Assembly: GCA_965205485.1 (NCBI GenBank)
Contig: OZ242180.1
Span: forward strand, 832,001 to 896,000
Reading direction: 5' to 3'
DNA length: 64,000 bases
From: Candidatus Latescibacterota bacterium
Lineage (GTDB): Bacteria; Latescibacterota; UBA2968; GCA-2709665
The position numbers and the translations under genes were made by a program. Numbering within the stretch: the stretch's first letter is position 1; each line of letters begins with the position of its first letter. The notes beneath the pieces were generated by a model that saw only the letters and a program-made list of their open reading frames with translations, did no database searches and was not told where the DNA came from. Below, in pieces: positions 41,348 to 50,480 of the stretch.

Positions 41348-42361
41348 ATGTCGCCGATTCTTCGCGTTGCATTTGCATTCATGGTTCCCATTCTACTGGT
41401 GCTGGGCGGCACGCTGGGCTACGCGTGGATTGAGGGATGGAGATTATGGGAAAGTCTGTACATGACGGTGATCACGATTACGACCGTCGGTTACGGCGAG
41501 GTGCATCCGCTGTCGCCGATGGGTCAGCGATTCACGGTCCTGTTTCTGATGTTCAGTTTTGTCGCCGTCGGGTATTCGGTGACAACAGTAATCAGCTTCG
41601 TTTTCGAAGGTCAGATTGTCCATGCAATGCGGGGGCGCAGAATGAAGCGTATGGTCTCAAACCTGAAAGATCACTACATCATCTGTGGCGGCGGGGTCGT
41701 CGGCAAGGAGGTGGCGCAGGAGCTGAAGCGGGCGGGAATGCCTTTTGTCATCGTGGACAAGGATCCAGCTCGCTCTGAATTGGGCCGGGACGAAACGGTC
41801 CTGTTCGTCGAGGGCCGCGCGGAGGACGATGAGGTGCTCGTCGAAGCCGGCATCCATCGCGCAAAGGGTCTGATTGCCGTGCTCAGGGAGGACGCGCTCA
41901 ACGTGTTCGTGGTGCTCTCAGCGAGGCAGGCGAATCCGGACCTGACGATTGTCGCGCGGGCGGCGGAGGAGCGGACCATCGGAAAGCTGATGACGGCAGG
42001 CGCCGACCGGGTGATGTCGCCCTACCAGCTTGCGGGGCGGCGGATCGCGTCGGTGCTTCTGCGTCCGTCTATCGTGGACTTTCTCGACGTCGTCGTTGGG
42101 AAGGGCGATGCCGCGATGCGGCTGGAGCAGTTTCACGTAGACGAGGGGTCTCCACTGGTCGGCAAGCAATTGAAAGATACGGATATCGGTCAGCAGACCG
42201 GTGCGATTGTCGTGGGCATCCAGGGTCCGGACGGAAAGCCCAGGGTTGACCCCGCAGCCTCGGCCGGGCTCTGGGGCGTCACGATTCATCAGGACAACGT
42301 ACTCATCGCACTGGGCAGCGACAGTCAACTGAACCGGTTGAAGGATATGGCAGAGCAGTAG
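41348..42361 (+). CDS. Potassium channel protein (two-TM pore + RCK/TrkA-N and TrkA-C, MthK-like)
   Basis: TTVGYG selectivity filter, HYIICGGG.VG RCK motif and AGADRV.SP. Confidence 0.92.
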   Translation: MSPILRVAFAFMVPILLVLGGTLGYAWIEGWRLWESLYMTVITITTVGYGEVHPLSPMGQRFTVLFLMFSFVAVGYSVTTVISFVFEGQIVHAMRGRRMKRMVSNLKDHYIICGGGVVGKEVAQELKRAGMPFVIVDKDPARSELGRDETVLFVEGRAEDDEVLVEAGIHRAKGLIAVLREDALNVFVVLSARQANPDLTIVARAAEERTIGKLMTAGADRVMSPYQLAGRRIASVLLRPSIVDFLDVVVGKGDAAMRLEQFHVDEGSPLVGKQLKDTDIGQQTGAIVVGIQGPDGKPRVDPAASAGLWGVTIHQDNVLIALGSDSQLNRLKDMAEQ

Positions 42362-42487
42362 TGCGGGTTTCCCAAAGAAAGGGATTGCCGATGGCTGCCG
42401 AATTCCATTTTTGAATGCCTTCTCTTACACAACGGGTCGCCGCGAACAGAAGATCGGGCGACCCGTTCTCACACCTGGAGATCATCA

Positions 42488-44170
42488 ATGAACCTTCCCT
42501 TGTGCGTCGTAGCGGACCCGGATGGGCAGACGGCGCCGGACGGAACGCGGTATTACGGCGGGTTCTACATTCGGGAAATCCTCGCGCACGCGGGCATTCC
42601 CTTTGATGAGGTCGAACGTCCCCTGTCCGGCCTGGATGGCAGTCGCGTGGTAATGCTGCCGTGGCATATGCCGCTGTCAGAGTCGGAGCGGACGTTGCTT
42701 GCGGAATTCGTGAAGTCGGGCGGCGCGCTGATCGGCCTGGGAGGCATGTCCGGACTGGATGACATATTCGGCGCGGCGGACAGGGGCGAGATGGCGGACG
42801 GATACGTGCAGGTGGCGGCGAAGGACCACCCCGTCACCTCCGGGTTGAACAGCAGCCTGCACTGTTTCGGAGGGCGGCGCATCAAGGCCGCGGACGGTAC
42901 GGCGCTCGCGCGCGTGATGGGCGCCAGCGACGGGGTGGTGGAGCACCGCGCCGGGAATGGTCTGGCGCTCGCCGTGGGCCCGGACGTGGTCCGGTCCATC
43001 GTGCAGATCCAGCAGGGGCACCCCATTCCCCCCGCGGTCGGTCCCACCCGGATCGACGTGATCCAGGGGCTGGCGCTCGACCTGGACCGCGACAGGTCGC
43101 CCGTGCCCGGCGAGGAGGAAAACCTGGTCTTCCTGGAGCCTATAGCTGACGAGTTCCGGGAATTGATCATCAAGGCCGTTCTTTACGCGTGCCGGGAATG
43201 CGGCGTCGCGCTGCCCGTCCTCTGGTACTGGCCGGAGAATCTGCCCGCCATCGCGCACATGTCGCACGACTCGGACGGTGGAGACGAAGCGCTGGGATGG
43301 TCCCTGCTCCGTCTGACGCAGGAGGTGGACATCCGTACGACGTGGTGCAACATGGCGGGACACTACCAGCCGGCATTCTACCGCGCCATCCAGAACTACG
43401 GCTCGGAGGTGGCCCTGCACTACGACGCCCAGACCTGGCAGACGGCGTCGGACGATCAGAAGCCGGACACCGCCCATCTGAAGTGGGGATATGAAGAATT
43501 GGCGGGGCAACTGAATACGGTCACGGAAGCGGCGGGACGTCCGGTCACTACGAACAAAAACCATACGCTGCGCTGGCAGGGCCGGCTGGAGTTCTTCCGC
43601 TGGTGCGAACGTCTTGGTATCACCCTGGAGCAGAGCCGCGGTCCGAATACGCCATATACCAACGGCTTTCCCTTCGGGGGCACCCACCCCTGGTTCCCGA
43701 TTGACGACGAAGCGCCCGGCGGTCCGCCGATCGACGTGCTGGAAGTGAACCTCACCGTGCAGGATATCCACAAGCGGTGCTCAACCCGCCTGGCCCACTG
43801 CTTCGCGGACCGGGCGTTCCAGCATCACGGCATCGCGCACTTTCTCTTTCACCCCGCCCACGTCGGGGATCCGGCGGTTCGAGGCGGGCTCAGGGAAATC
43901 GTCGGATACACGAGGGACAAGGGGATGCCCTGGTGGACCGCGGCCCGGATCGACACGTGGGAGCGCGCGCGGCGCACGGTGCGCTTCGGACTGCGCGATA
44001 ACGGCGCGTACGAGGTCTCCTCGGACGCCGACCTGAAAGGCGCGACTGTGCTGCTGCTTGACGTAGAAGGCGACACGCCCGGGAACGTGGTGGAGCGATA
44101 CGGCTTCCCGTTCCGCGCCGTTACGATGGACCTGGAACCGGGGACCAGCGTGGAACTGCCGGGGGGATGA
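42488..44170 (+). CDS. Hypothetical protein with a GATase-like domain and a polysaccharide-deacetylase-like barrel
   Basis: L.EFVKSGG.LI domain, followed by SHDSD, EVALHYD, KNH and FLFHP. Confidence 0.55.
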   Translation: MNLPLCVVADPDGQTAPDGTRYYGGFYIREILAHAGIPFDEVERPLSGLDGSRVVMLPWHMPLSESERTLLAEFVKSGGALIGLGGMSGLDDIFGAADRGEMADGYVQVAAKDHPVTSGLNSSLHCFGGRRIKAADGTALARVMGASDGVVEHRAGNGLALAVGPDVVRSIVQIQQGHPIPPAVGPTRIDVIQGLALDLDRDRSPVPGEEENLVFLEPIADEFRELIIKAVLYACRECGVALPVLWYWPENLPAIAHMSHDSDGGDEALGWSLLRLTQEVDIRTTWCNMAGHYQPAFYRAIQNYGSEVALHYDAQTWQTASDDQKPDTAHLKWGYEELAGQLNTVTEAAGRPVTTNKNHTLRWQGRLEFFRWCERLGITLEQSRGPNTPYTNGFPFGGTHPWFPIDDEAPGGPPIDVLEVNLTVQDIHKRCSTRLAHCFADRAFQHHGIAHFLFHPAHVGDPAVRGGLREIVGYTRDKGMPWWTAARIDTWERARRTVRFGLRDNGAYEVSSDADLKGATVLLLDVEGDTPGNVVERYGFPFRAVTMDLEPGTSVELPGG

Positions 44171-44237
44171 ATACCGGCTGATGATTGGTCAACAGGTGAA
44201 TCGGCTTCGGAAAACGGGTCCGTACCCCGGTTACGGC

Positions 44238-44266
44238 TTGACTCGCTAGGTGAGATCCGGTACCTT
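44238..44266 (+). promoter_or_regulatory. Putative sigma-70 promoter of the SLATT-like unit
   Basis: TTGACT-N17-TACCTT. Confidence 0.45.
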
Positions 44267-44339
44267 GTACTTGTAGGCAAGGGGATAAGACCCGCATCGA
44301 GTAAATGCGACGGGGTTCATATGACCGGGGAGGTTTGCC

Positions 44340-44855
44340 ATGGTCAGTGATGCGACTCGAAGGATGGCCTGGAACGAATATCTGGACGTGGAGCGGGCAG
44401 CCAGATATTACGATAAACTTTCCCGCCAGTATCGCAGGCGGCACAATGCAGTCATGGTTGGTCTTGCCCTGTGCGCAATAGCAGGAGCCGGCCGCTTTAT
44501 GTTTTCGGACTACATAGGTCAGCTCGCGGAAGTCATCGTCGATTTAGGCATTATCGCTGTCAGTGTGTTCGGTCTACTCGGGAATCATGCGAGAAAATCC
44601 GCCAGTCTTCATGCGGTAAGCGTGATGTGTTTTGACTTGCAGGACAAACACAAAGCGTTGTGGTCGAAGATAGAAAACAACGTAATAGGTAACGACGAGG
44701 CCTACAACATACTGATGGATCTTATCGAGGCTGGCGAGAGGGCAACAAGCATTCCGGGTTGGGCTGATATTTCGGTGAATGACAAATTGAACAGACAGAG
44801 TCAAAAGGAAGCTGATGATTCACTTGTCGATCAATATTCGATAAGGGAGGCATGA
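44340..44855 (+). CDS. Two-TM protein, SLATT-like
   Basis: GGAGG RBS, lower GC than flanks. N-terminal helix (RYY..L...Y), two hydrophobic helices, then HARKSASLH and a helical tail. Confidence 0.55.
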   Translation: MVSDATRRMAWNEYLDVERAARYYDKLSRQYRRRHNAVMVGLALCAIAGAGRFMFSDYIGQLAEVIVDLGIIAVSVFGLLGNHARKSASLHAVSVMCFDLQDKHKALWSKIENNVIGNDEAYNILMDLIEAGERATSIPGWADISVNDKLNRQSQKEADDSLVDQYSIREA

Positions 44856-45001
44856 TGGCAGGAAGGGGCACCGAAGAAAGGGCCATAAGGCCGCCGCGCA
44901 ATCCCGATCGCCCCAGACCCGCACCGCCTCCCAGGCCTGAAACAACCCCACAAGTTCCACCCAGGCCGCAATCACCGCCAGCGCCAAGAGAAGACAGATA
45001 A
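44855..45001 (+). CDS. Pro/Arg-rich micro-protein (48 aa)
   Basis: Below the ORF-track cutoff. GGAGG RBS, and ATG overlaps the upstream stop. Sequence MAGRGTEERAIRPPRNPDRPRPAPPPRPETTPQVPPRPQSPPAPREDR*, directly followed by a terminator. Confidence 0.6.
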   Translation: MAGRGTEERAIRPPRNPDRPRPAPPPRPETTPQVPPRPQSPPAPREDR

Positions 45002-45007
45002 AACAGT

Positions 45008-45034
45008 AGCCGAGGTTTTCACCTCGGCTTTTTT
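45008..45034 (+). terminator. Intrinsic terminator
   Basis: AGCCGAGGT-TTTC-ACCTCGGCT followed by a T run. Confidence 0.85.
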
Positions 45035-45116
45035 GTGACCGTCCCAATCTCCGATGTGTCCGCGCACAAGTTCACTTACAAAGGGCATGTTATACACGTA
45101 CAATCGAGAATACGGG

Positions 45117-45301
45117 AGATTCTTCGCTGCGCTGTAATTGATATATTTCGCGATAACTATTGGCGAAACGCTGAACACACACCTTCGCAGAACATGTCAT
45201 CCTGAGGAGGCCAGCGCGCTCAGAATGACATGTTTTGCGATTGTCATGTACGTGGCTTCCCGCTGTCATCCAGACGTGGCTTCCGAGCCGACGAAGAATC
45301 T
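45117..45301. repeat. Degenerate palindromic repeat (GTCATCCTGAG...CTCAGAATGAC type)
   Basis: Long hairpin at 45185-45240, with outer inverted pair AGATTCTTCG / CGAAGAATCT. Confidence 0.6.
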
Positions 45302-45385
45302 ACTGCAGCATCGGATCATCCCCGTGCGATTTTCGCGTGTCGATACCTGAGAGGCAGGACGTCGGCCCTCCAATTGGCCCCATGA

Positions 45386-46162
45386 TCAGATCCGAATGAC
45401 CGTGTTCCTGCAGTTCAGCCTGACGGACCTGGCGTAGTGCCAGACGCTGATGTCATCGGTCAGCGCCGTCGGTACCCTCACGAGAAACTCGATCCGGTCC
45501 GGAGAGTTGAACGCCGAAAACGCGAGTTCCATCCCTTCGATCAGTTCGTCGGGCTCCCGGCCCAGGTCCGGGAAAAGCAGCGGCCCGGTGTCGGTCTGGA
45601 AGAACCCGTCCCGCTCGTTCGTGTTGATTGTCCGGATGGGATAGTCAATGGTAGCTGCATACCGATCGTCTGCGTATTCGGTGCGGGCGACGAGTTGTCT
45701 GTTGTCGGACACCGCCCGGAAGACGTCTTCGGCATTGCCCAGCACCCGTCCCTGCTTCCATGCGATATCGATGCGTACGTCCACGAACGTCTCCGCGGAC
45801 AGGCCGGTCTGTCGTTCCGGTTGATCGCCGAGCGAGGGAGGGTACGCCGGTACTCGCCGTCCGACGCGGTCGTAGGTCTTGATAATGAGGAAGCGGTCAT
45901 GCGTGAAGATGGGTACGAAATCCGCGTTGGGGCTCGTCCAGATATCCTTCGGCACACCGACGCGTTCCGTCTTGCAGTTGGCCCCGAGGACGAATTCCCG
46001 CGACGCTCCCGACGCCTTTTCCGTGACTCGGCACCGGCTTTCGATCGGGATCCGGACGTCGTTCAGCGTCCAGGGTGGTCTGTGCGAAGCGGTTCTGGGA
46101 GGAAGGACGTCCCAGTCCGTTCGCCAGCCGAGGTAGGAGTTGTGGAAGTCGATGGCCTGCAT
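45386..46162 (-). CDS. Hypothetical protein
   Basis: About 258-aa ORF with normal globular composition. GGAG before MQAIDF. No family recognised. Confidence 0.7.
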   Translation of the reverse strand: MQAIDFHNSYLGWRTDWDVLPPRTASHRPPWTLNDVRIPIESRCRVTEKASGASREFVLGANCKTERVGVPKDIWTSPNADFVPIFTHDRFLIIKTYDRVGRRVPAYPPSLGDQPERQTGLSAETFVDVRIDIAWKQGRVLGNAEDVFRAVSDNRQLVARTEYADDRYAATIDYPIRTINTNERDGFFQTDTGPLLFPDLGREPDELIEGMELAFSAFNSPDRIEFLVRVPTALTDDISVWHYARSVRLNCRNTVIRI

Positions 46163-46246
46163 GCGTGCATTCTCCGTTCCATTGTGCGGTTTAACCACAA
46201 TTTAAAAAAAGGACAACGGTCAAATTGAACACAAAAGCCTGAATGT

Positions 46247-46390
46247 GGTAAGAGGGTAGAGGGTAGAGAAGAGTCACGGTAGAAGAAGCCCTTGCCCAAT
46301 GTGTTATTCCTCCTTGCCCTTGGCGGGAAGGGAGTCCTCACAAGGCGAGTAATCTCTCCTCTCTCACGTCTTCCGTCTCCCTGCTTCCGG
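46247..46390 (+). repeat. Diverged copy of the four-member intergenic repeat
   Basis: CGGTAGAAGAAG..CTTGCCC...ATTCCTCCTTGCC...CCTCACAAGGC...AATCTCTCCTCTCTCACGTCTTCCGTCTCC. Confidence 0.75.
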
Positions 46391-46446
46391 GGCGCCGGGG
46401 GGAGAGGTCACAGGCGGAATCGCAATCGGACCGGCCGGCGCGGCCG

Positions 46447-47277
46447 CTACGGGAGAATTCCTTCCTCGCGCAAAAAGCGTTCGACCTCCGCCCAAAAGGC
46501 CTGCCAGTCGGGAGGGCAGTTGTTGTGACCGGCCTCGTAGGTAATGAGACGGCCGCGCCGGGACGCCTCACGCAGCGCGACGCCGTGGCTGAACGGGATC
46601 AGGGAATCCCTTGTGCCATGCGCGATGAGTACGGGCCCGGGATAGTTCCTCAGTGTCTTCAGATTGTTGAAAGGATCGCGGGCGAAGAACGGGGGGACGA
46701 AGAATTTCTCCGCGGCCATGGCATTGACGCTCTTGAAGGTGGAAATCAATACCAGCGCGGCGGGCGGGCGTTCGGCCGCGAGCGCGCACACCACGCCACC
46801 GCCGAGCGAGCGACCCAGGAATACGGTCCGGTCCGCGTCTACGTCTTCCCGGACCGCCAGCATGTCGTGCGCGGCCACGAAGGTTTCGGTGACGCTGGCC
46901 TGGGTCGGCGAGCCCTCGGACCGTCCGTATCCGGGGAATTCGACGAGAAGGACGGCGAATCCCACGCGCCTGAGCGCCGCCATTTCGCCGACCCAATGGT
47001 CGATGAGTTCGGCGTTGCCGTGAGCGACGATGACCGCCGGAGCGGGGCCTGCGCCGGTTTCGGGCGGAAGCAGCCAGGTTTCCGTTCGTCCGGCGCGCGA
47101 TTTCAACCAGATGCGTTCGATTCCCATTGTGTCCGTCGCGTCGGCCGGCGGCGTCCGGACCAGGTGGCGCGGAAATATGACGCGGCGTTGCATCAGGAAC
47201 AGGATGGTGCAATAGAAAATATAGAGCGCCAGGCCGCCGAGGAGGATCCGGATCAGGATGTGGAGTTTGGAGTCCAT
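46447..47277 (-). CDS. Alpha/beta hydrolase with N-terminal membrane anchor
   Basis: HGNAE, PGYGRSEG, GRSLGG nucleophile, HGTRD and AGHN. Confidence 0.9.
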   Translation of the reverse strand: MDSKLHILIRILLGGLALYIFYCTILFLMQRRVIFPRHLVRTPPADATDTMGIERIWLKSRAGRTETWLLPPETGAGPAPAVIVAHGNAELIDHWVGEMAALRRVGFAVLLVEFPGYGRSEGSPTQASVTETFVAAHDMLAVREDVDADRTVFLGRSLGGGVVCALAAERPPAALVLISTFKSVNAMAAEKFFVPPFFARDPFNNLKTLRNYPGPVLIAHGTRDSLIPFSHGVALREASRRGRLITYEAGHNNCPPDWQAFWAEVERFLREEGILP

Positions 47278-47298
47278 ATTGGGAAAAAGGCGAAAAAG

Positions 47299-47324
47299 GC
47301 CCCGGTGGAAAATTCACCGGGGCT
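47299..47324 (-). terminator. Intrinsic terminator-like hairpin downstream of the dioxygenase
   Basis: GCCCCGGTG-GAAAATT-CACCGGGGC, with an A run on its left that reads as a U tail on the minus strand. Confidence 0.55.
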
Positions 47325-47356
47325 TATTCGATGGAGCATGGGAATCTGTGGGAGCG

Positions 47357-48223
47357 TCAGCAGGTAACGTCCTTGCCCTCACTGCCGAATACGGCCAGGC
47401 GTTCCTGTGACGTGGTTTCTTTCACCCGTGCAGGGAAATAGTGGAATTGAAGGGCACGGCGCCGCTGTGGCGTGGTGTTGGCGGGGGTGCCGTGATGGAT
47501 CAGCCCGGACCAGATGAGGCAGCCGCCGGGTTCGAGCGGGACCGCCACGACGCGGTCTCTGACCACGTGCGTATCGCACAACTGCCAGTCGCGGCGCTTG
47601 AAATGGACCACGGGACCCCGCAGGTGCGTACCGGGTATCACCCTCATGCAGCCGTTTTCGGGCGTGGCGTGATCCAGTGAAATCCACATGCTTACAATCT
47701 GCGTACCCATGGGCAGATTGAAATAGGCGTGGTCCTGGTGCCAGGGTTTCTCACGTCCGACCAGCGGCGGTTTGAGGATGGCCTGGTGGGAATAGAGCGC
47801 CGGTTCCTCGCCGATGATCCGCCCCATGATGTCCATGATCTTCGGGTGTTCGGCCACAGCGGTCAGGCGGTGATCGTAGCCCATGAAGTACTGGAGCTTG
47901 CGCACGGCGTCCCACCGTTCGTCGTCCGAAAGCGTGTCCAGGGTGTCCTTGTAGCTGACCTCGAACTGAACGCCTTTGAACTCCGGATTCTTCCCCTTGA
48001 TGAGATCCATGAGGCCGTCGAGCATGCCGTCGACCTCGGCGCTGGTGAACGCGTTCCTGACGGCCAGATAGCCGTTCCGATGAAAGAAATCCACGTCCGC
48101 ATCGGTGGCGGCTTCAAGACTTTCGATTCCTTCGTCGATTTCGTGGTATTCGTAGAGGTCCGCGGTGTAGCCTCCGTCGTCGACGTAATTGTCGAAGGCC
48201 ACCCGTTCACGGGTCTGTTCCAT
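47357..48223 (-). CDS. Phytanoyl-CoA dioxygenase (PhyH) family Fe(II)/2OG oxygenase
   Basis: WHQD, ENGCMRVIPGTH and HHGT..N.T..RRRA motifs. Confidence 0.9.
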   Translation of the reverse strand: MEQTRERVAFDNYVDDGGYTADLYEYHEIDEGIESLEAATDADVDFFHRNGYLAVRNAFTSAEVDGMLDGLMDLIKGKNPEFKGVQFEVSYKDTLDTLSDDERWDAVRKLQYFMGYDHRLTAVAEHPKIMDIMGRIIGEEPALYSHQAILKPPLVGREKPWHQDHAYFNLPMGTQIVSMWISLDHATPENGCMRVIPGTHLRGPVVHFKRRDWQLCDTHVVRDRVVAVPLEPGGCLIWSGLIHHGTPANTTPQRRRALQFHYFPARVKETTSQERLAVFGSEGKDVTC

Positions 48224-48391
48224 TGGTGTATCTCCTGGTGTCCTGCCCGGAAAAAACCTGACCGCTCTCTTGCCGATTCGTTCCATATCGCGTTATTCAA
48301 ACCTAAACCAGGCGCGCATTTCTGTCAACCCAAAACGGGATCACAGGGTAACCTCTTGCAATATCCCGTCCGTGACCTTATCTTCCCGAAA

Positions 48392-48604
48392 CGCGGTGAG
48401 AGGGGAGACGTAAGAAGAAATGCGGGGAGACGGGAGACGTAAGACGGTAGAAGAAATCATCGCCCGGAATGTAATTCCTCCTTGCCTCCGGCACGAGAAG
48501 AATCCTTACAAGGCTGGAAATCTCTCCCGTCTCACGTCTTGCGTCTCACCAGGTGGTAGGTCGGGGTGTGGTCCTCTCCCCTCTTACGTCTCACGTCTTA
48601 CGCC
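48392..48604 (+). repeat. Longest copy of the four-member intergenic repeat
   Basis: GAGACG-type heptamer arrays on the left and CGTCTC/CGTCTT arrays on the right, around the conserved core. Confidence 0.85.
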
Positions 48605-48622
48605 TTTTTTGGAGGTTTCGAA

Positions 48623-49510
48623 ATGGAAACGCGCACGCTTGGCAGGACGGACATGGAGGTGACCCGCCTGGGGTTCGGCGGCGCCAGGATCGGACTTGAA
48701 GACGTGGACCCTGAGCGGGTCGGGCGATTGCTGAACCGCGTGCTGGACGACGGGATCACGCTGATCGACACGGCGGCCTGCTATCACAACAGCGAGGAAC
48801 TGATTGGCCGGTACATCGGCGATCGGCGGGACGAATACGTGCTGGCAACCAAATGCGGCCACGTGACAGGCGACGCAACCGGAGAGCCGTGGTCGGGTGA
48901 GGTGATCGACGAAAGCATCGACCGGTCGCTGAAACGGCTGAGGACGGACTACGTGGACCTTGTCCAGCTTCACACGTGTTCGGCCGACGTACTCAGGACG
49001 GGGGAGGCTGTTGACGCTGTGATGAGGGCGAAGGACGCGGGCAAGACGCGGTACGTGGGGTACAGCGGCGACGGGGAGGACGCGCTGGTAGCCATCCGGA
49101 TGGGGGTATTCAGCACGCTGCAGACCTCGTTCAACCTGGTGGACCAGAAAGGACGCGCCGACGTATTGCCGGAGGCGCAGGAGGCGGGGATGGGCGTGAT
49201 CGTCAAACGCCCGATCGCCAACGGAGCGATCGGCAAGTCCGCGTCGCCGTACGGTTACGCCGATGCGTACTGGGAGCGGGCGCAGCAACTCGAAATTCCG
49301 GATGGGGCCCCGGAAGATCCCATCGAGCTATCGCTTCGTTTTACGCTCTCGCAGGAGGCTGTCGACACGGCTATCGTGGGGACCACGAATCCGGACCACG
49401 CACGGAATAACCTGGCGCTGACGACGAGAGGACCTCTTGCAGACCCTGTACTGGAGGCGTTCTACGGGCAGTTCGATGCGCTGGGAGCGGAGTGGAACTC
49501 GTTGACGTGA
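48623..49510 (+). CDS. Aldo/keto reductase
   Basis: LGFG, IDTAACY, ATKCG and SLKRLRTDYVDLVQLH motifs. GGAGG RBS. Confidence 0.93.
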   Translation: METRTLGRTDMEVTRLGFGGARIGLEDVDPERVGRLLNRVLDDGITLIDTAACYHNSEELIGRYIGDRRDEYVLATKCGHVTGDATGEPWSGEVIDESIDRSLKRLRTDYVDLVQLHTCSADVLRTGEAVDAVMRAKDAGKTRYVGYSGDGEDALVAIRMGVFSTLQTSFNLVDQKGRADVLPEAQEAGMGVIVKRPIANGAIGKSASPYGYADAYWERAQQLEIPDGAPEDPIELSLRFTLSQEAVDTAIVGTTNPDHARNNLALTTRGPLADPVLEAFYGQFDALGAEWNSLT

Positions 49511-49550
49511 ACCGTGCGCGGCTCGCCGCTTCGTGATTTCCAACTGTCCC

Positions 49551-50390
49551 CTACCGGCGTTCCCACCGGCTGGGGTTGAGTCCCGGCGCTTCGCTGGCCA
49601 TACCGGCCGGTTTGTTGCCGCCGTGGAAGTTCCAGTGGCGGGTGTTGGGATCGGCGAACAGCGGGCGCACATTGTCGGGCAGGGCGGCGAGGTCGGCCTC
49701 GTCCCACGCGGGGACTTCGTCGATGGGCCCCGCCCATGCGGGGCGGTAGGCGATGGCGAGCATTTCGCGTGCGTGGGCGCCGGTGTTCGGGAAGTTCCCG
49801 TGAAAGACCTTGTGGTTGATCAGAACGGCGCCGCCGGATTCAACGGGGACCATCACCTGTTCGGGATGGTCCTCGTAGCGTTTGTACGGGTTGGCGTCCG
49901 CGTGCATGGACAGATGGGAACGGGGTATTACGCGGAACGGCGAGACATCCCGCGTGAGGTCGTCCAGGTAATAGAGCACCCTCACCATGAACGGTACGCT
50001 GCCGCCGTAGCCGAAGATCTGTGAACCGTAGGGCTGCCCGTCGGTATGGAGACTGATGCCGGGATGGCCGGGCTCCGAGCGCGCGTAAGTGCATGACATG
50101 AAGATGGTCGCGCCGCCGAAGAGTTCGTTCAGGAAGACGAGGGTGGGAGGATGTGCGATGAGTTCGGTGATGGGACCGCCGGTGAACTGCAGGTTCGGAC
50201 AGACCTGCTGGTGTACGCTATAGTCCACCGCGCGGGTCTCCAGCCTGGCGGTCTCCGCCTTGAGCCGGGCAACGTGTCCTGGCGCAAGCAGATCCGGCAG
50301 GACCACGTATCCGTCGAGTTCGATCTGGCGAATGCGTTCGCCCAGCGTGAGTTTAGACCAGTCCCGCTCGTCGACGCGGACGGAATCCAT
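49551..50390 (-). CDS. PhyH family Fe(II)/2OG oxygenase
   Basis: LHTD, YYLDD, VIPRSH and FHGN.PN...R motifs. Confidence 0.88.
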   Translation of the reverse strand: MDSVRVDERDWSKLTLGERIRQIELDGYVVLPDLLAPGHVARLKAETARLETRAVDYSVHQQVCPNLQFTGGPITELIAHPPTLVFLNELFGGATIFMSCTYARSEPGHPGISLHTDGQPYGSQIFGYGGSVPFMVRVLYYLDDLTRDVSPFRVIPRSHLSMHADANPYKRYEDHPEQVMVPVESGGAVLINHKVFHGNFPNTGAHAREMLAIAYRPAWAGPIDEVPAWDEADLAALPDNVRPLFADPNTRHWNFHGGNKPAGMASEAPGLNPSRWERR

Positions 50391-50480
50391 GCCTCACCCC
50401 TCAGTTCGGATTGGAATCCAAGGCGACATATGCGGCCGTATCCTCCCCTGGCGCGAGACGGATTTCGGACCGCATGAGGA

